The position numbers and the translations under genes are program-made. The notes beneath the pieces were generated by a model. That model saw only the letters and a list, made by a program, of their open reading frames with translations. It made no database searches and was not told the origin of the DNA. A stretch of 64,000 nt of DNA from an uncultured Clostridia bacterium (lineage in GTDB: Bacteria; Bacillota; Clostridia; Christensenellales; Aristaeellaceae). How positions within the stretch are numbered: position 1 is the first letter of the stretch; every line of letters begins with the position of its first letter. The DNA is taken from positions 18,580-82,579 of the forward strand of contig CAKTUU010000003.1 in the NCBI GenBank assembly GCA_934621505.1, read 5' to 3'. Positions 29,540 through 38,730 of this stretch are shown here, in pieces.

Positions 29540-30408
29540 GTTTGTTTGGCTCCCTGCTGCAAACGGCGGTATTCCGCCGGGGTCATGTGGTAGTGCTGCC
29601 GGAAAATGCGGTAAAACTGGCTGATGTTGGTATAGCCCACTTCCTCAATTACCTGGTGAACGCTCATATCCGAATTGGCCAGCAGCTGCCGTGCGTTGGC
29701 CAGCCGCAGATGGGTCAGGTATTCCTTAAAGGAAACGCACATTTCCTGCTTGAACAGGTGGCGAAAATAGGTGGTGTTCAGCCCCACATGCAGCGCCACG
29801 TCCTCCAGCGTGATGGACTGGTTGTAATGCTGGGTCACATAGCTGCGGGCAGCCAGTATTTTGGGGTTTAAATTCTGCCGGGCGCTTTCCTCGCCATCCT
29901 CGCGAAAATAGTGCAGAGCCAATTCCAGCAGGATTCGGCGGACAATGATGTCCACCTCCATTTCCCACATGGACCCTTTGGCCTGATACACCTCATAGCC
30001 CCGTTTCATCTGCCGGGTGATCCGCCGAGCGGTTTCGGTGTTATGGGCAATGCGGTTCACGAAATCCGGCGGGTTGTAGCGAAAGGTTTCCATGTACTGC
30101 TGATTGGCGCTGTGGTTGGTGGAATCCGAAATAAAGGACGGCATCAGAATCAAAAAGATATAACGGTTTTCCTGCCCGTCGCCGGTAACCGCCACATGAT
30201 TTTCATAGTCGTTATTGATAAAAATATCGCCGGGCTCCACCTGGTATTGCTTGTGCGGATATAAAAAACTGCCCTTTCCCTCCACGCACAGGCCGATTTC
30301 CACATAGCGGTGCCAGTGCATGGCGTCCTTTTGCCCAACCACCGTATATTCAAAAAAATGGGCGGGGAAATAGGGATCAAAGTCAAATTCCCAGTTAAAA
30401 CGTTTCAT
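29536..30408 (-). CDS. AraC-family transcriptional regulator (cupin sensor + HTH)
   Basis: C-terminal AraC HTH (family-typical VTQHYNQSITLEDVALHVGLNTTYFRHLFK...). The ORF-track model (29536..30447) starts at a GTG. Start placed at the Met (MKRFNWEFD) that has RBS GGAAGGGG at 8-nt spacing. Confidence 0.78.
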   Translation of the reverse strand: MKRFNWEFDFDPYFPAHFFEYTVVGQKDAMHWHRYVEIGLCVEGKGSFLYPHKQYQVEPGDIFINNDYENHVAVTGDGQENRYIFLILMPSFISDSTNHSANQQYMETFRYNPPDFVNRIAHNTETARRITRQMKRGYEVYQAKGSMWEMEVDIIVRRILLELALHYFREDGEESARQNLNPKILAARSYVTQHYNQSITLEDVALHVGLNTTYFRHLFKQEMCVSFKEYLTHLRLANARQLLANSDMSVHQVIEEVGYTNISQFYRIFRQHYHMTPAEYRRLQQGAKQT

Positions 30409-30472
30409 GGCCGCGTCCCCTTCCATGGGTTCCCTAGCAGTATACACGGCGGCGGCGGTTTTGGCAAATGGT

Positions 30473-31570
30473 TTACAGCTTTTGCTGCAAGTAATCCAGC
30501 CAGCGTTCCAGGGCCGGCTGGGAAAAATCCTTCAGCGCCCGGGCGTACAGGTCATACCCTGCCGGGTCGTTTTTCCGCATCCAGGCAAGGGATTTCTTGG
30601 GACCCAGATAGCGCCTGCCGCAAGCATCGCAGTAAATTTCCAGGCTGTCCATCAGCACCCAATGCCAGCGGTAGAAGCCCTCCGCGTCTGCCCGCAGGGA
30701 ACGGCGCTGCATCTTGCGGCACCAGTCAATCTCCTCCTGCACTTCCTCCCGGGTGGGAAACGGCTGCCTTTCCATGGTTTCCAGCACGCTGTTTTTTAGC
30801 TTTGCGCCCATTCCGTCCCGGTCTATCACAATCGCGCTGTCAAAAACCTGCACAAAATCCATCGGGTCATAGGACGTTGCAAAGGTTTCCGGCGGATAGA
30901 CAAAAACATCTAGCACCGTACCCGCAACCGTGGAAGTATCATGCTTTTTAGGCCCGTTGGCAATGACCAGCGCGTCAAAATCGCTATGGGCGTTTTGGCT
31001 TCCATCCGCAAAGGAACCGTATGTCATCACCGCCAAAGGCTGATATTGCCGCTTCAGATAATCCAAAATCGCCGCAGGCCGCAGGTCCTTTTGCCTCAAA
31101 ACGCCCCGGTACAGACCGGCCTGACAGCTGCCCGCCGCCCTAAAGCCAAGGCTTTCGTAATACCGGGAAAGGGCCTGGTTGTCCTGGGCGGAGTCAAGGC
31201 GCAGGTACTGCCTGCCTTTTTCAAGGGCATAGGCTTCCGCGTATCGCAGAAAAACGGCCCCGGCTCCTTTCGTCCCTGTTTGCGACACAAAGTTATGCAC
31301 ATAAAGGGCTGGCTGGTCGTCCTGCCAGCGGTCGTCCCGCTCCTTTAGCACAGCGCTGCAAACAAGCATTCCATCTTCTTCCAGTACAAAAACATGCCCC
31401 TTCTGCCGTTCCTGCTCATAATAGGTCTGAGGGTATATCTGGTCATACTGCATCACGTTCCATTGGCGAATGCCTTGCTCGTCCATCCAGGCCATTCGCT
31501 CCCGAATCATGGCAAACAGCCGCGGGATTTCCTGCCGGGTTATCGGACGAAAGATAAAAGAATCAGTCAT
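30473..31570 (-). CDS. GNAT N-acetyltransferase fused to a nucleotidyltransferase (KNTase/Lnu-like) domain
   Basis: The ORF-track model (30473..31810) is N-terminally extended through repeat copy 3. True start is MTDSF at 31570 with RBS GAAAGGG. The GNAT fold occupies residues ~1-160. The NTase motif GSFADGSQNAHSDFDALVI is followed by a helical C-terminal domain. Confidence 0.7.
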   Translation of the reverse strand: MTDSFIFRPITRQEIPRLFAMIRERMAWMDEQGIRQWNVMQYDQIYPQTYYEQERQKGHVFVLEEDGMLVCSAVLKERDDRWQDDQPALYVHNFVSQTGTKGAGAVFLRYAEAYALEKGRQYLRLDSAQDNQALSRYYESLGFRAAGSCQAGLYRGVLRQKDLRPAAILDYLKRQYQPLAVMTYGSFADGSQNAHSDFDALVIANGPKKHDTSTVAGTVLDVFVYPPETFATSYDPMDFVQVFDSAIVIDRDGMGAKLKNSVLETMERQPFPTREEVQEEIDWCRKMQRRSLRADAEGFYRWHWVLMDSLEIYCDACGRRYLGPKKSLAWMRKNDPAGYDLYARALKDFSQPALERWLDYLQQKL

Positions 31571-31607
31571 ACTTAGCCCTTTCCAGAAACAATTTTGAAA
31601 GGGCTGC

Positions 31608-31804
31608 CTGATGAACAGACAGCCCCAACCTGTCGAAAAACCCCTGTTGGCCTCCAGCGCCCGCGAACAGCGCTTCGCTGGTTCGCGGAAAAAGTGCTGC
31701 GGCACAAGGCTTAGGGGCTCTGCCCCTAAAACCCCGGCAGGAGGCAGTGCCTCCTGCACCTCCTTTTTTTGGACGACCTGCGGTCTTTCTGATGAACAGA
31801 CAGA
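31608..31804 (+). repeat. palindromic intergenic repeat element, copy 3, with flanking 15-bp direct repeats
   Basis: ctgatgaacagacag at 31608-31622 and again at 31790-31804. The 167-bp insert between them contains the consensus element (31664-31765). Confidence 0.8.
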
Positions 31805-31813
31805 CCGCAATGA

Positions 31814-33040
31814 TCAATCTACGTCTGTTCGGTGCAGCTTTACGCCCTGCCGCTCCAAAGCCGTTTGCAACTGAGTCAGCGGCAAATCTCTGGCGGCTAC
31901 ATGGGCAGCGGCCATCTGTGCGGCGGCGGTGCCCGCCGCCTGTCCCGTCAGCGCGCATACAGGAATCACCCGGGTAACGTCCCAGCCCCAGCCATCCGAG
32001 CTGACCATGCGGCCGGCGGCCAGCAGGTTTTCACATTCCGGATTGTACAGGCAGCCAAAGGGAATTTCGTACCAGTCCCCCACTTTTTCAAAATCTGACG
32101 CAAGGCCGATGGAATCTGCGTGGGGCTGACGGCAATCCTTTTCCGTCAGGGTATACGCGCCCACCATCCGGCGGGTCTTGCGAAACTGCGGCAGGGTAGG
32201 CAGCGCCGTAATATCCCGCTGGGTCCGCTCCTCATTGCGAATTTTGTCCAGCAGCATTTTTCGGCCGTCCAGCATGAAGCGGGTAATTTCCTCATTGGTA
32301 ACGCCGGATGGATAGGGATACCCCTCCGGGTGTCCAACCCCATGCAAATCCGCCCCGCAAAAGCGCCACTGCCGCAGCTCCATGGCCTTTTTCTTGGCCG
32401 CCGTATTGCTTCCCTGAGCCGCGAAGGACAAAAAGTTCTTTCCCAGGGCACAGGGCAGGCCGGCCCGTTCAAACAGGTCCGCGTCGCCGCTGGCGTCAAT
32501 GACCACCCTGGCGGGAAAGCATTCCCGTCCGCTTTTGCTTTCCGTCACCACGCCGGTGATTCGCCCGTTTTCCATCACCGGGGTAACCGCCTGAATGTCC
32601 AGCCGAAGCTGCACGCCCTCCTTGAGCAAAATTTCATCCATGGCCAGTTGAAACAGGGTGGGCGAAAAAAAGGTGCCGTAGCGGCCGCCCACGGGATGCT
32701 GCTTTTCCGGGCGAACCTTGGACACGTCCACAGGCACGTCGGGATCCCGCCAGATTTCCGGCAGCGTGTCATCGCCATAGCGGATGGACAGACGCAGCAA
32801 CTCCTCAGCCAGGCCAAAGATCAGCTGATGGCCCTGACCGTCGCACAGGGGTTCATACCAGTTAATGAGTCCGTTGGTGGCAAGCCCCCCAAGCAGGGCC
32901 TGTTTTTCCATCAAGAGTACCTGCGCTCCCGCGCGACGCGCAGCGAGGGCGGCTGCCACACCGGCAATGCCGCCCCCCACAATCAGCACGTCCGTACCCT
33001 CGCGGATGGGCGTTTGCAGCCGTTCCACAAGCGTATTCAT
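31814..33040 (-). CDS. FAD-dependent oxidoreductase (pfam12831-like)
   Basis: Start trimmed to MNTLVER, which has RBS AAAGGA. GxGxxG motif LIVGGGIAGVAAALAARRAG. Family commonly found in polysaccharide/sugar utilisation loci. Confidence 0.75.
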   Translation of the reverse strand: MNTLVERLQTPIREGTDVLIVGGGIAGVAAALAARRAGAQVLLMEKQALLGGLATNGLINWYEPLCDGQGHQLIFGLAEELLRLSIRYGDDTLPEIWRDPDVPVDVSKVRPEKQHPVGGRYGTFFSPTLFQLAMDEILLKEGVQLRLDIQAVTPVMENGRITGVVTESKSGRECFPARVVIDASGDADLFERAGLPCALGKNFLSFAAQGSNTAAKKKAMELRQWRFCGADLHGVGHPEGYPYPSGVTNEEITRFMLDGRKMLLDKIRNEERTQRDITALPTLPQFRKTRRMVGAYTLTEKDCRQPHADSIGLASDFEKVGDWYEIPFGCLYNPECENLLAAGRMVSSDGWGWDVTRVIPVCALTGQAAGTAAAQMAAAHVAARDLPLTQLQTALERQGVKLHRTDVD

Positions 33041-33090
33041 GCAGAATCCATCCTTTAATTGTGTGATGCGCCTTATTGGCACCATCAAGT

Positions 33091-34170
33091 TTACCCCTTT
33101 ACAGCGCCCGCTGTCAAGCCGCTGATCATGTACTTCTGGAAGAAAACAAACAGCAGTACAATGGGAATGGAACCGGCCATGGAAAAGGCCATCAGCGCGC
33201 CGTAATCGTGAGCGTATTCCCCCAGGAAGCTCTGGGCCAGACCAACGGTCAGGGTTTTCATGCTGTTGCTGCTCATAATGGTCAGCGCCATCAGGAAGTC
33301 GTCCCAGGCGGACAGGAAGGTGTAAATGCCCACCGCCACCAGACCCGGCAGAGTCAGAGGAATCAAAATGGTTACCATGGTGCGGATGCGGCCCGCGCCG
33401 TCAATACGCGCCGATTCATCCAGAGAACGGGGCAGCGTATCAAAGAAGGAGCGCATCAGCGTAATGGCCAGCGGCAGGGCGAAGGTGGTGTCCGCCAAAA
33501 TGACGCCGATGTAGGTATCCAGCATATTCCACCGCATGTAGAAGCCGTACAGAGAAATCAGGATGACCACAATGGGGAACATCTGCACGGACATGATGGT
33601 GGTCAGAATGGCGTTCTTTCCCTTAAACTTATACCGGGAGAAGGCAAAGCCCGCTGGCAGAGCAATCAGCAGCACCAGCAGCACGGTGCCGCCGGAGGTA
33701 ATAAAGGAATTGATGAAATACCGCACATATTCCGGCTTGGAAAACACCTTGACGTAGTTATCAAAGCTGCTTTCCCCCGTCAGGCTCAGGGTAGGCGGAA
33801 TTTTCATAATGTGGGCGCTGGGCAGCAGCGAGGACACCGCCATCCAGTAAATCGGGAACAGGGTAATGACCAGCACCAGAGCCAGCACCACATAGCGCAT
33901 GGCCTTGGAAATGCGGCGGGTATGATGGGCTACCTTGGTATTCAGCCGCAGCCGCCCGCTGTACGGGGCCAGGATGATGAGTACGGCAGCGCCAATAATC
34001 ATGGGAATAAGCAGCAGCCAGGGATGAGCCATGGTCAGGTTGCCTCCCGCTACCCGCAGCAGCGTGTACAGGGGCCACAAAATCGCCAGCCAGGCGACCA
34101 GCTTTACAATCGCCGTAATGCTCCAGTCCCGGAGGGCGGTCTCGTCACGCACAGTCCAGTTTTGCGTCAT
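33091..34170 (-). CDS. carbohydrate ABC transporter permease (MalG-type)
   Basis: 359 aa. EAA-type motif region (ARIDGAGRIRTMVTILIP). RBS AAGGAGG. Confidence 0.85.
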   Translation of the reverse strand: MTQNWTVRDETALRDWSITAIVKLVAWLAILWPLYTLLRVAGGNLTMAHPWLLLIPMIIGAAVLIILAPYSGRLRLNTKVAHHTRRISKAMRYVVLALVLVITLFPIYWMAVSSLLPSAHIMKIPPTLSLTGESSFDNYVKVFSKPEYVRYFINSFITSGGTVLLVLLIALPAGFAFSRYKFKGKNAILTTIMSVQMFPIVVILISLYGFYMRWNMLDTYIGVILADTTFALPLAITLMRSFFDTLPRSLDESARIDGAGRIRTMVTILIPLTLPGLVAVGIYTFLSAWDDFLMALTIMSSNSMKTLTVGLAQSFLGEYAHDYGALMAFSMAGSIPIVLLFVFFQKYMISGLTAGAVKG

Positions 34171-34183
34171 GGTTTCCGCCTCC

Positions 34184-35209
34184 TTACTGATAGTCCGTCG
34201 CGGTGCGCTCAGACAGCTTATTGGATACCATGGTGATGATGAACAGAATCACCAGCCACAGCACGCCGATGGCTGCGCCGCGGCCAAATTCGTAATTCTT
34301 GAACGCTTCCTGATAAGCGGCGATGGACAGGGTCATGGTACCGGTGGTGCTGCCCGTGCCCGCCAGGTTGGCGATAATGGTGTACATCTGGAAGTTGTTC
34401 ATAATGGCAATCCAGGTGGAGGTAATCAGCACCGGACGAATGGCCGGAATGGTCACATGCCGGAAGGTCTGCACGGCGTTCGCGCCGTCAATGCGGGCCG
34501 CTTCCTCAATGGAGGTATCCACAGACTGCAAACCGGCAAGCAGCATGACCATCATATAGGGCATCTGCCGCCAGACGGAAGCGATGATGATGGACGCACG
34601 GGCCCGGCCCACGGTTTCCAGCCAGCTCAGCTGGGTGGTGCTGGTAAACTGGAACAGGTTCAGGATGTAGTTGATAACGCCGCCATCCTGGTTCAGCATC
34701 AAGCGCCAGATAATGGCCACCACAACCGACGGTATGGTCCAAGGCACCAACAAAATGCCCCTGAAAAAGCCCTGACCGCGTATTCGGCTGTTTAGCAGCA
34801 GGGCGATGGTCATGCCCAGAATCAGCTGGATCACAACGGTAAAAAATACAAAGACCACAGTGTTTACAAAGTAGGTAACAAAATCGCTCTTCCAAAAATC
34901 CTTATTATTGAACAGCTTTTTATAATTCTTGAAGTTATTCCACTTCAGATTGCTCAGAGAGGAAATGTCCTCCTCGCCGGAAACCACGGCGCTGATGGAG
35001 GCAGGGTTGATATTAAAAACGTCCTTGCGGATATCCGCCAGCTTATAGTTGAAAAAACTGATATAAATGCCTTTGAGAATCGGGAGCGCGATAACGATGC
35101 ACAGCACGATGATAGCCGGTACCGTCAGCGCGAAGCCAAACCAGCTGTCCGCCCGCGCACGGCGGGAGACCTTGGGCTTCTTTTGGGTGGTCAAGTTGTT
35201 TGCCTGCAT
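34184..35209 (-). CDS. carbohydrate ABC transporter permease (MalF-type)
   Basis: 341 aa, six TM. EAARIDGANAVQTFRHVTIP motif. RBS AAAGGGGAAG. Confidence 0.85.
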   Translation of the reverse strand: MQANNLTTQKKPKVSRRARADSWFGFALTVPAIIVLCIVIALPILKGIYISFFNYKLADIRKDVFNINPASISAVVSGEEDISSLSNLKWNNFKNYKKLFNNKDFWKSDFVTYFVNTVVFVFFTVVIQLILGMTIALLLNSRIRGQGFFRGILLVPWTIPSVVVAIIWRLMLNQDGGVINYILNLFQFTSTTQLSWLETVGRARASIIIASVWRQMPYMMVMLLAGLQSVDTSIEEAARIDGANAVQTFRHVTIPAIRPVLITSTWIAIMNNFQMYTIIANLAGTGSTTGTMTLSIAAYQEAFKNYEFGRGAAIGVLWLVILFIITMVSNKLSERTATDYQ

Positions 35210-35256
35210 GACAGCGCTTCCCCTTTCGGTAACGTATAAACAAATTGGGATAAAAA

Positions 35257-35281
35257 GCGGGGGCGGGCAAGCCCGCCCCCT
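35257..35281 (-). terminator. intra-operon hairpin after the SBP gene (attenuator)
   Basis: On the minus strand: cgaagggggcgggc-tt-gcccgcccccgc followed by TTTTTA. Confidence 0.4.
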
Positions 35282-35314
35282 TCGTAAGCCGTAACGGAAT
35301 GGACTGAAGATTGG

Positions 35315-36568
35315 TTAGTCGTCGTAGATTTCAGAAACAGCTTCCTGCAGATTATCCGCGGCTTCCTGCGCGGAGGTGCCCTGAGCCATAGCGGTCAGCG
35401 CGTCCACAAACTTGGCCTCGGCTTCCATGAAGTGGCCGTCGATGGGCAGAGGACGGGCGTTGTTCATGGCTTCCACATAAGCGGCGGTAATGTCGCTTAC
35501 ATCGGCAAACACGGCGGCGTTTACGCTGGCGCGGGTGCTCATCTTGCCCTGGCCGCCCTTGTAGAAGATGTCGATTACCTTCGCGTCGCTCATGTACTCC
35601 AGGAAACGGCCCACGGCGGGCATCTTTTCATCGGGCACGGAGTTGAACACGATCAGGTAGTGGTTGACGGCGTAGCCGGAGGTGCCGGGAATGGGCATAA
35701 CGCCAAAGTTCTTGTAGAATTCTTCTTCGTTTTCAGAAGCGGCGGCAGCGGTGGGGATGGTGGCTTCCAGATCCCAGTAGAAGCCGATCTTGCCCTGACC
35801 AAACAGGTTGCGCAGGTCCTTCAGAGAATAACCAACGGTGGAGGTAACCTTATCGTCGATCAAAGACTTGATGCACTCAAAGGCCTTCACGGCGTTTTCG
35901 CTGTTCAGGGCCAGGTTGCCTTCGGCGTCACGGTAATCCGCGCCATAGGCCCACAGGATGGGCAGGATGTTGTAGCCTTCGCCGGCTTCCACGCCATTGC
36001 TGTTGGGGATGGCCAGGCCGTAGATGTCGTCACCCAGAGCGGAAACCTTGCGGGCGTCCTCAATCAGTTCGTCCCAGGTGGTGGGCAGGGTTTCAATGCC
36101 GGCTTCCTTCAACAGAGCCTTGTTGTAGTACAGGGCGACGGTATTGGCAAACCAGGGCATAGCCACCATCGTGCCATCCTTGGTAACGCCTTCCACGGCG
36201 GCGGGGTTGTAATCAGCCAGCACTTCCTCGCTGATGTAGGGCTTAATGTCCTTTACAACACCCAGTTCCAGGAACTGGGGCAACCACTCGGCCTTGATGT
36301 GGGCCACGTCAGGCGCGTTACCCGCGGTAGCGGCAACCAGCAGCTGGTCCAGATACTGGGCATAGGGGTTGGTCTGGGAATAATCCACCACGACGTCAGG
36401 ATTATCCGCCATGAAAGCATCGGCAGATCCGCCGTACACGGGGAGCAGCTTTTCCTCGGCCAGGGCCCAGGAGGTCCAGGAGATGGTGGTCTTTTCCTCG
36501 GCAACGGCAACCGCGCTCAGGGAGGCGATCATCATAACCGCAAGAAGAAGGGCTACAATTTTTTTCAT
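35315..36568 (-). CDS. ABC transporter extracellular solute-binding protein (family 1, sugar)
   Basis: The ORF-track model (35315..36694) has an N-terminal extension. Start trimmed to MKKIVALLLAVMMIASLSAVAVA, a signal peptide. 417 aa. Confidence 0.85.
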   Translation of the reverse strand: MKKIVALLLAVMMIASLSAVAVAEEKTTISWTSWALAEEKLLPVYGGSADAFMADNPDVVVDYSQTNPYAQYLDQLLVAATAGNAPDVAHIKAEWLPQFLELGVVKDIKPYISEEVLADYNPAAVEGVTKDGTMVAMPWFANTVALYYNKALLKEAGIETLPTTWDELIEDARKVSALGDDIYGLAIPNSNGVEAGEGYNILPILWAYGADYRDAEGNLALNSENAVKAFECIKSLIDDKVTSTVGYSLKDLRNLFGQGKIGFYWDLEATIPTAAAASENEEEFYKNFGVMPIPGTSGYAVNHYLIVFNSVPDEKMPAVGRFLEYMSDAKVIDIFYKGGQGKMSTRASVNAAVFADVSDITAAYVEAMNNARPLPIDGHFMEAEAKFVDALTAMAQGTSAQEAADNLQEAVSEIYDD

Positions 36569-36744
36569 GTTTTGTTTCCGCCTTTCCACATATTTTTTGA
36601 AGGGGACATCTAGCATTTGTCGCATCGTCCGTCCTTCATTTTCTACAAATATGATAAACGAGTTTGCCGCACCGAGCCAGTTCAATTCCTCCAAATAGCT
36701 TTTGTGAAAAATAGTATTGCATTTGCAAATATGTATGTGTTATA

Positions 36745-37500
36745 TTATATGTTTATCATTTTTAAAAAATACATACGCATTCCCCATAACATATCGCTGC
36801 CGGAAGTAGCGCCCACAGCCAGCAAATCAGGGATGGCCCGCGCCAGACTGCCGCACCCATATACAGCGTCCACCACATCTGCCACAGGCTGCCCAAAATA
36901 CCCTTCCTGCGCCAAACGCAAATAACGGGCGCTCACGTCTGTGGTGTCCTCCAGACAGGTCAGGGCAAAGGGGGCGGCCTGCCCAAACGCCCGGCATACG
37001 GCCATCACGCCTACACACGCGTCGTCAAAGGAAGGGGTGAGTCCGCGCCCCAGGCCCAAAAATCGGCCGGCTTCCGGTGACAGCAAAGCGCCTTCCGCCC
37101 GGCGGCGTATTCCGGACGGCAGGGAATCCAAACCGCTGGTCAGGTTCTCCGTCGCCTGCAAAAAAGTCCGGACATCCGGCTGGCCGTTCATGGGTTCTAT
37201 CCTGCCTGACCAGCCATTGTCTGTACGCAGGGAAAAAGAACGCCCGTTCAGTTGGAATTTGTCTTTGTCCAGCCATGCGGGCATACCCGGTTCCAGCGCC
37301 TCCAGCACCGGGCCGGGCAGGCAAACGCTGTCCGGCAGCCTGGGCAGTCCGGGCATGGTCAGGGCCAGCATACGCTGTGCTTCCCCGTTTTGCAGCATCA
37401 CATTCGCCACCCGGTGAAACACGGAATGAACATAGCCCCTGCATGGACAGAGCCATGCAGGGGTCAAATACGCTGTGGTTATGCAAGTACCTTCATACAT
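36745..37500 (-). CDS. DUF2877-like protein (YlbF/AllH-like)
   Basis: About 250 aa. Follows the kinase gene with a 22-nt overlap. Size and position match the third subunit of FdrA/DUF1116/DUF2877 modules. Start uncertain; internal Mets lie at 37398 and 37371. Confidence 0.45.
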   Translation of the reverse strand: MYEGTCITTAYLTPAWLCPCRGYVHSVFHRVANVMLQNGEAQRMLALTMPGLPRLPDSVCLPGPVLEALEPGMPAWLDKDKFQLNGRSFSLRTDNGWSGRIEPMNGQPDVRTFLQATENLTSGLDSLPSGIRRRAEGALLSPEAGRFLGLGRGLTPSFDDACVGVMAVCRAFGQAAPFALTCLEDTTDVSARYLRLAQEGYFGQPVADVVDAVYGCGSLARAIPDLLAVGATSGSDMLWGMRMYFLKMINI

Positions 37501-38651
37501 CCGCGAGCCACCATCAATTCTTCGTTGGTTTCCAGCGCCCAGATTTCCACACCGCTGTCCGCCGAGCTGATTTTTCCTTCATATCCACGGCGGTTCAGCT
37601 CGGGGTCCAGCCGCGCGTTCAAAAACTTCAGTTGGTCCGCCACCTGCTGGCGAAGTTCAACCCCGTTCAGGCCGATGCCGCCGGTAAAGGTAATCGCGTC
37701 CACGCCGCCCAGATAAGCGGTAAACATGCCAATATAGCCCACAATTTCATCCGCGAAGGCGTCAATGGCCAGCCGGGCCCGCTCATTTCCCTGAGCTGCC
37801 GCGGCCTCCACATCCCGCATGTCGTTGCTGACGCCGCTGATTCCCAAAAAGCCGCCCTGGCTGGACAGGGTTTTCAGCACCTGCTCCAGACTGCCCAGCT
37901 GCTGAACCAGCACCGGAAGCATAAACACGTCCATATCCCCCACGCGGTTGTTGTGGAACAGTCCGCTCTGGGGCGTAGCGCCCATGGAGGCAGCGATGCT
38001 TTTGCCGTCCTGAATGGCGCAAAGCGAGCTGGACCCGCCCAGATGCACGCTGATGACCCGTTTGGCATAGGGCGCTTCCTTAGCCATTTTCCAGGCGATG
38101 TAACTGTGGCTGGACCCATGAAAGCCATAGCGGCGCAGACCATAGTTTTGCAGCCATTCATAGGGCATGCCATAAACAGCCCGTTTCAGGGGCATGGTCT
38201 GGTGAAAGGCCGTTTCAAAGCAGGCCACCTGCGGCAGGGCGGGATATTTCTGACGCACGCTTTTCATCATGGCCAGGTAAACCGGATTGTGCGCCGGAGC
38301 CAGCGGAGCCATTTTTTCCATCTCGCCCAGCAACGCGTCGTCAATCATCCGGGAGCCGGAAAGAGAACCGCCATGCACTGCCTTATATCCTACACCATCC
38401 AGTGTGCTCATGTCTACAGGCAGGCCCAATCTTTTCATGGCGTCCATGCACAAATCCAGCGCGTCCAGATGGGTTTTGCAGGCGCATTCCGCCTTTTCGG
38501 CCCGTCCGTCCGGCAATTTGACGGCGTAGCTGCCCTTTGCGCCAATGCATTCCACGCCGCCGGTCGCCAGCAGGTTTTCCGCTTCGCCCATTTCATACAG
38601 TTTGAATTTAAAGCTGGTGGACCCCAGGTTCAGAACCAGAATTTTAAGCAT
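37479..38651 (-). CDS. acetate/propionate/butyrate kinase family (ASKHA) acyl-phosphate kinase
   Basis: 390 aa. Family-typical motifs ILVLNLGSTSFKFKLY, ETAFHQTMP, VISVHLGGSSSL. RBS AAAGGAG. Confidence 0.8.
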   Translation of the reverse strand: MLKILVLNLGSTSFKFKLYEMGEAENLLATGGVECIGAKGSYAVKLPDGRAEKAECACKTHLDALDLCMDAMKRLGLPVDMSTLDGVGYKAVHGGSLSGSRMIDDALLGEMEKMAPLAPAHNPVYLAMMKSVRQKYPALPQVACFETAFHQTMPLKRAVYGMPYEWLQNYGLRRYGFHGSSHSYIAWKMAKEAPYAKRVISVHLGGSSSLCAIQDGKSIAASMGATPQSGLFHNNRVGDMDVFMLPVLVQQLGSLEQVLKTLSSQGGFLGISGVSNDMRDVEAAAAQGNERARLAIDAFADEIVGYIGMFTAYLGGVDAITFTGGIGLNGVELRQQVADQLKFLNARLDPELNRRGYEGKISSADSGVEIWALETNEELMVARGCMKVLA

Positions 38652-38730
38652 TTTTCTTCTCCTTTATTATATAAAGCAGCCGCGGAGCCAGGTTAGAGGG
38701 CTGGCCCGCGGCATGGGGATGGGTTTCGTT

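Noticed and set aside
30473-31810. 445-aa version of the GNAT-NTase ORF, and the 351-aa version of the ribokinase ORF (6024..7079).
   Set aside because: The N-terminal extensions read straight through copies of the intergenic repeat (..EVQEALPPAGVLGAEP.. / MEKRG..). Internal Met codons with proper RBSs at 31570 and 6914 give full-length domain architectures.
38652-38730. Hairpin gccgcggagccag..ctggcccgcggc between the DUF1116 and kinase genes as a possible terminator.
   Set aside because: Imperfect stem and no following T-run on the transcribed (minus) strand. More likely an mRNA processing/stability element or chance GC-rich palindrome. The genes are otherwise tightly linked.
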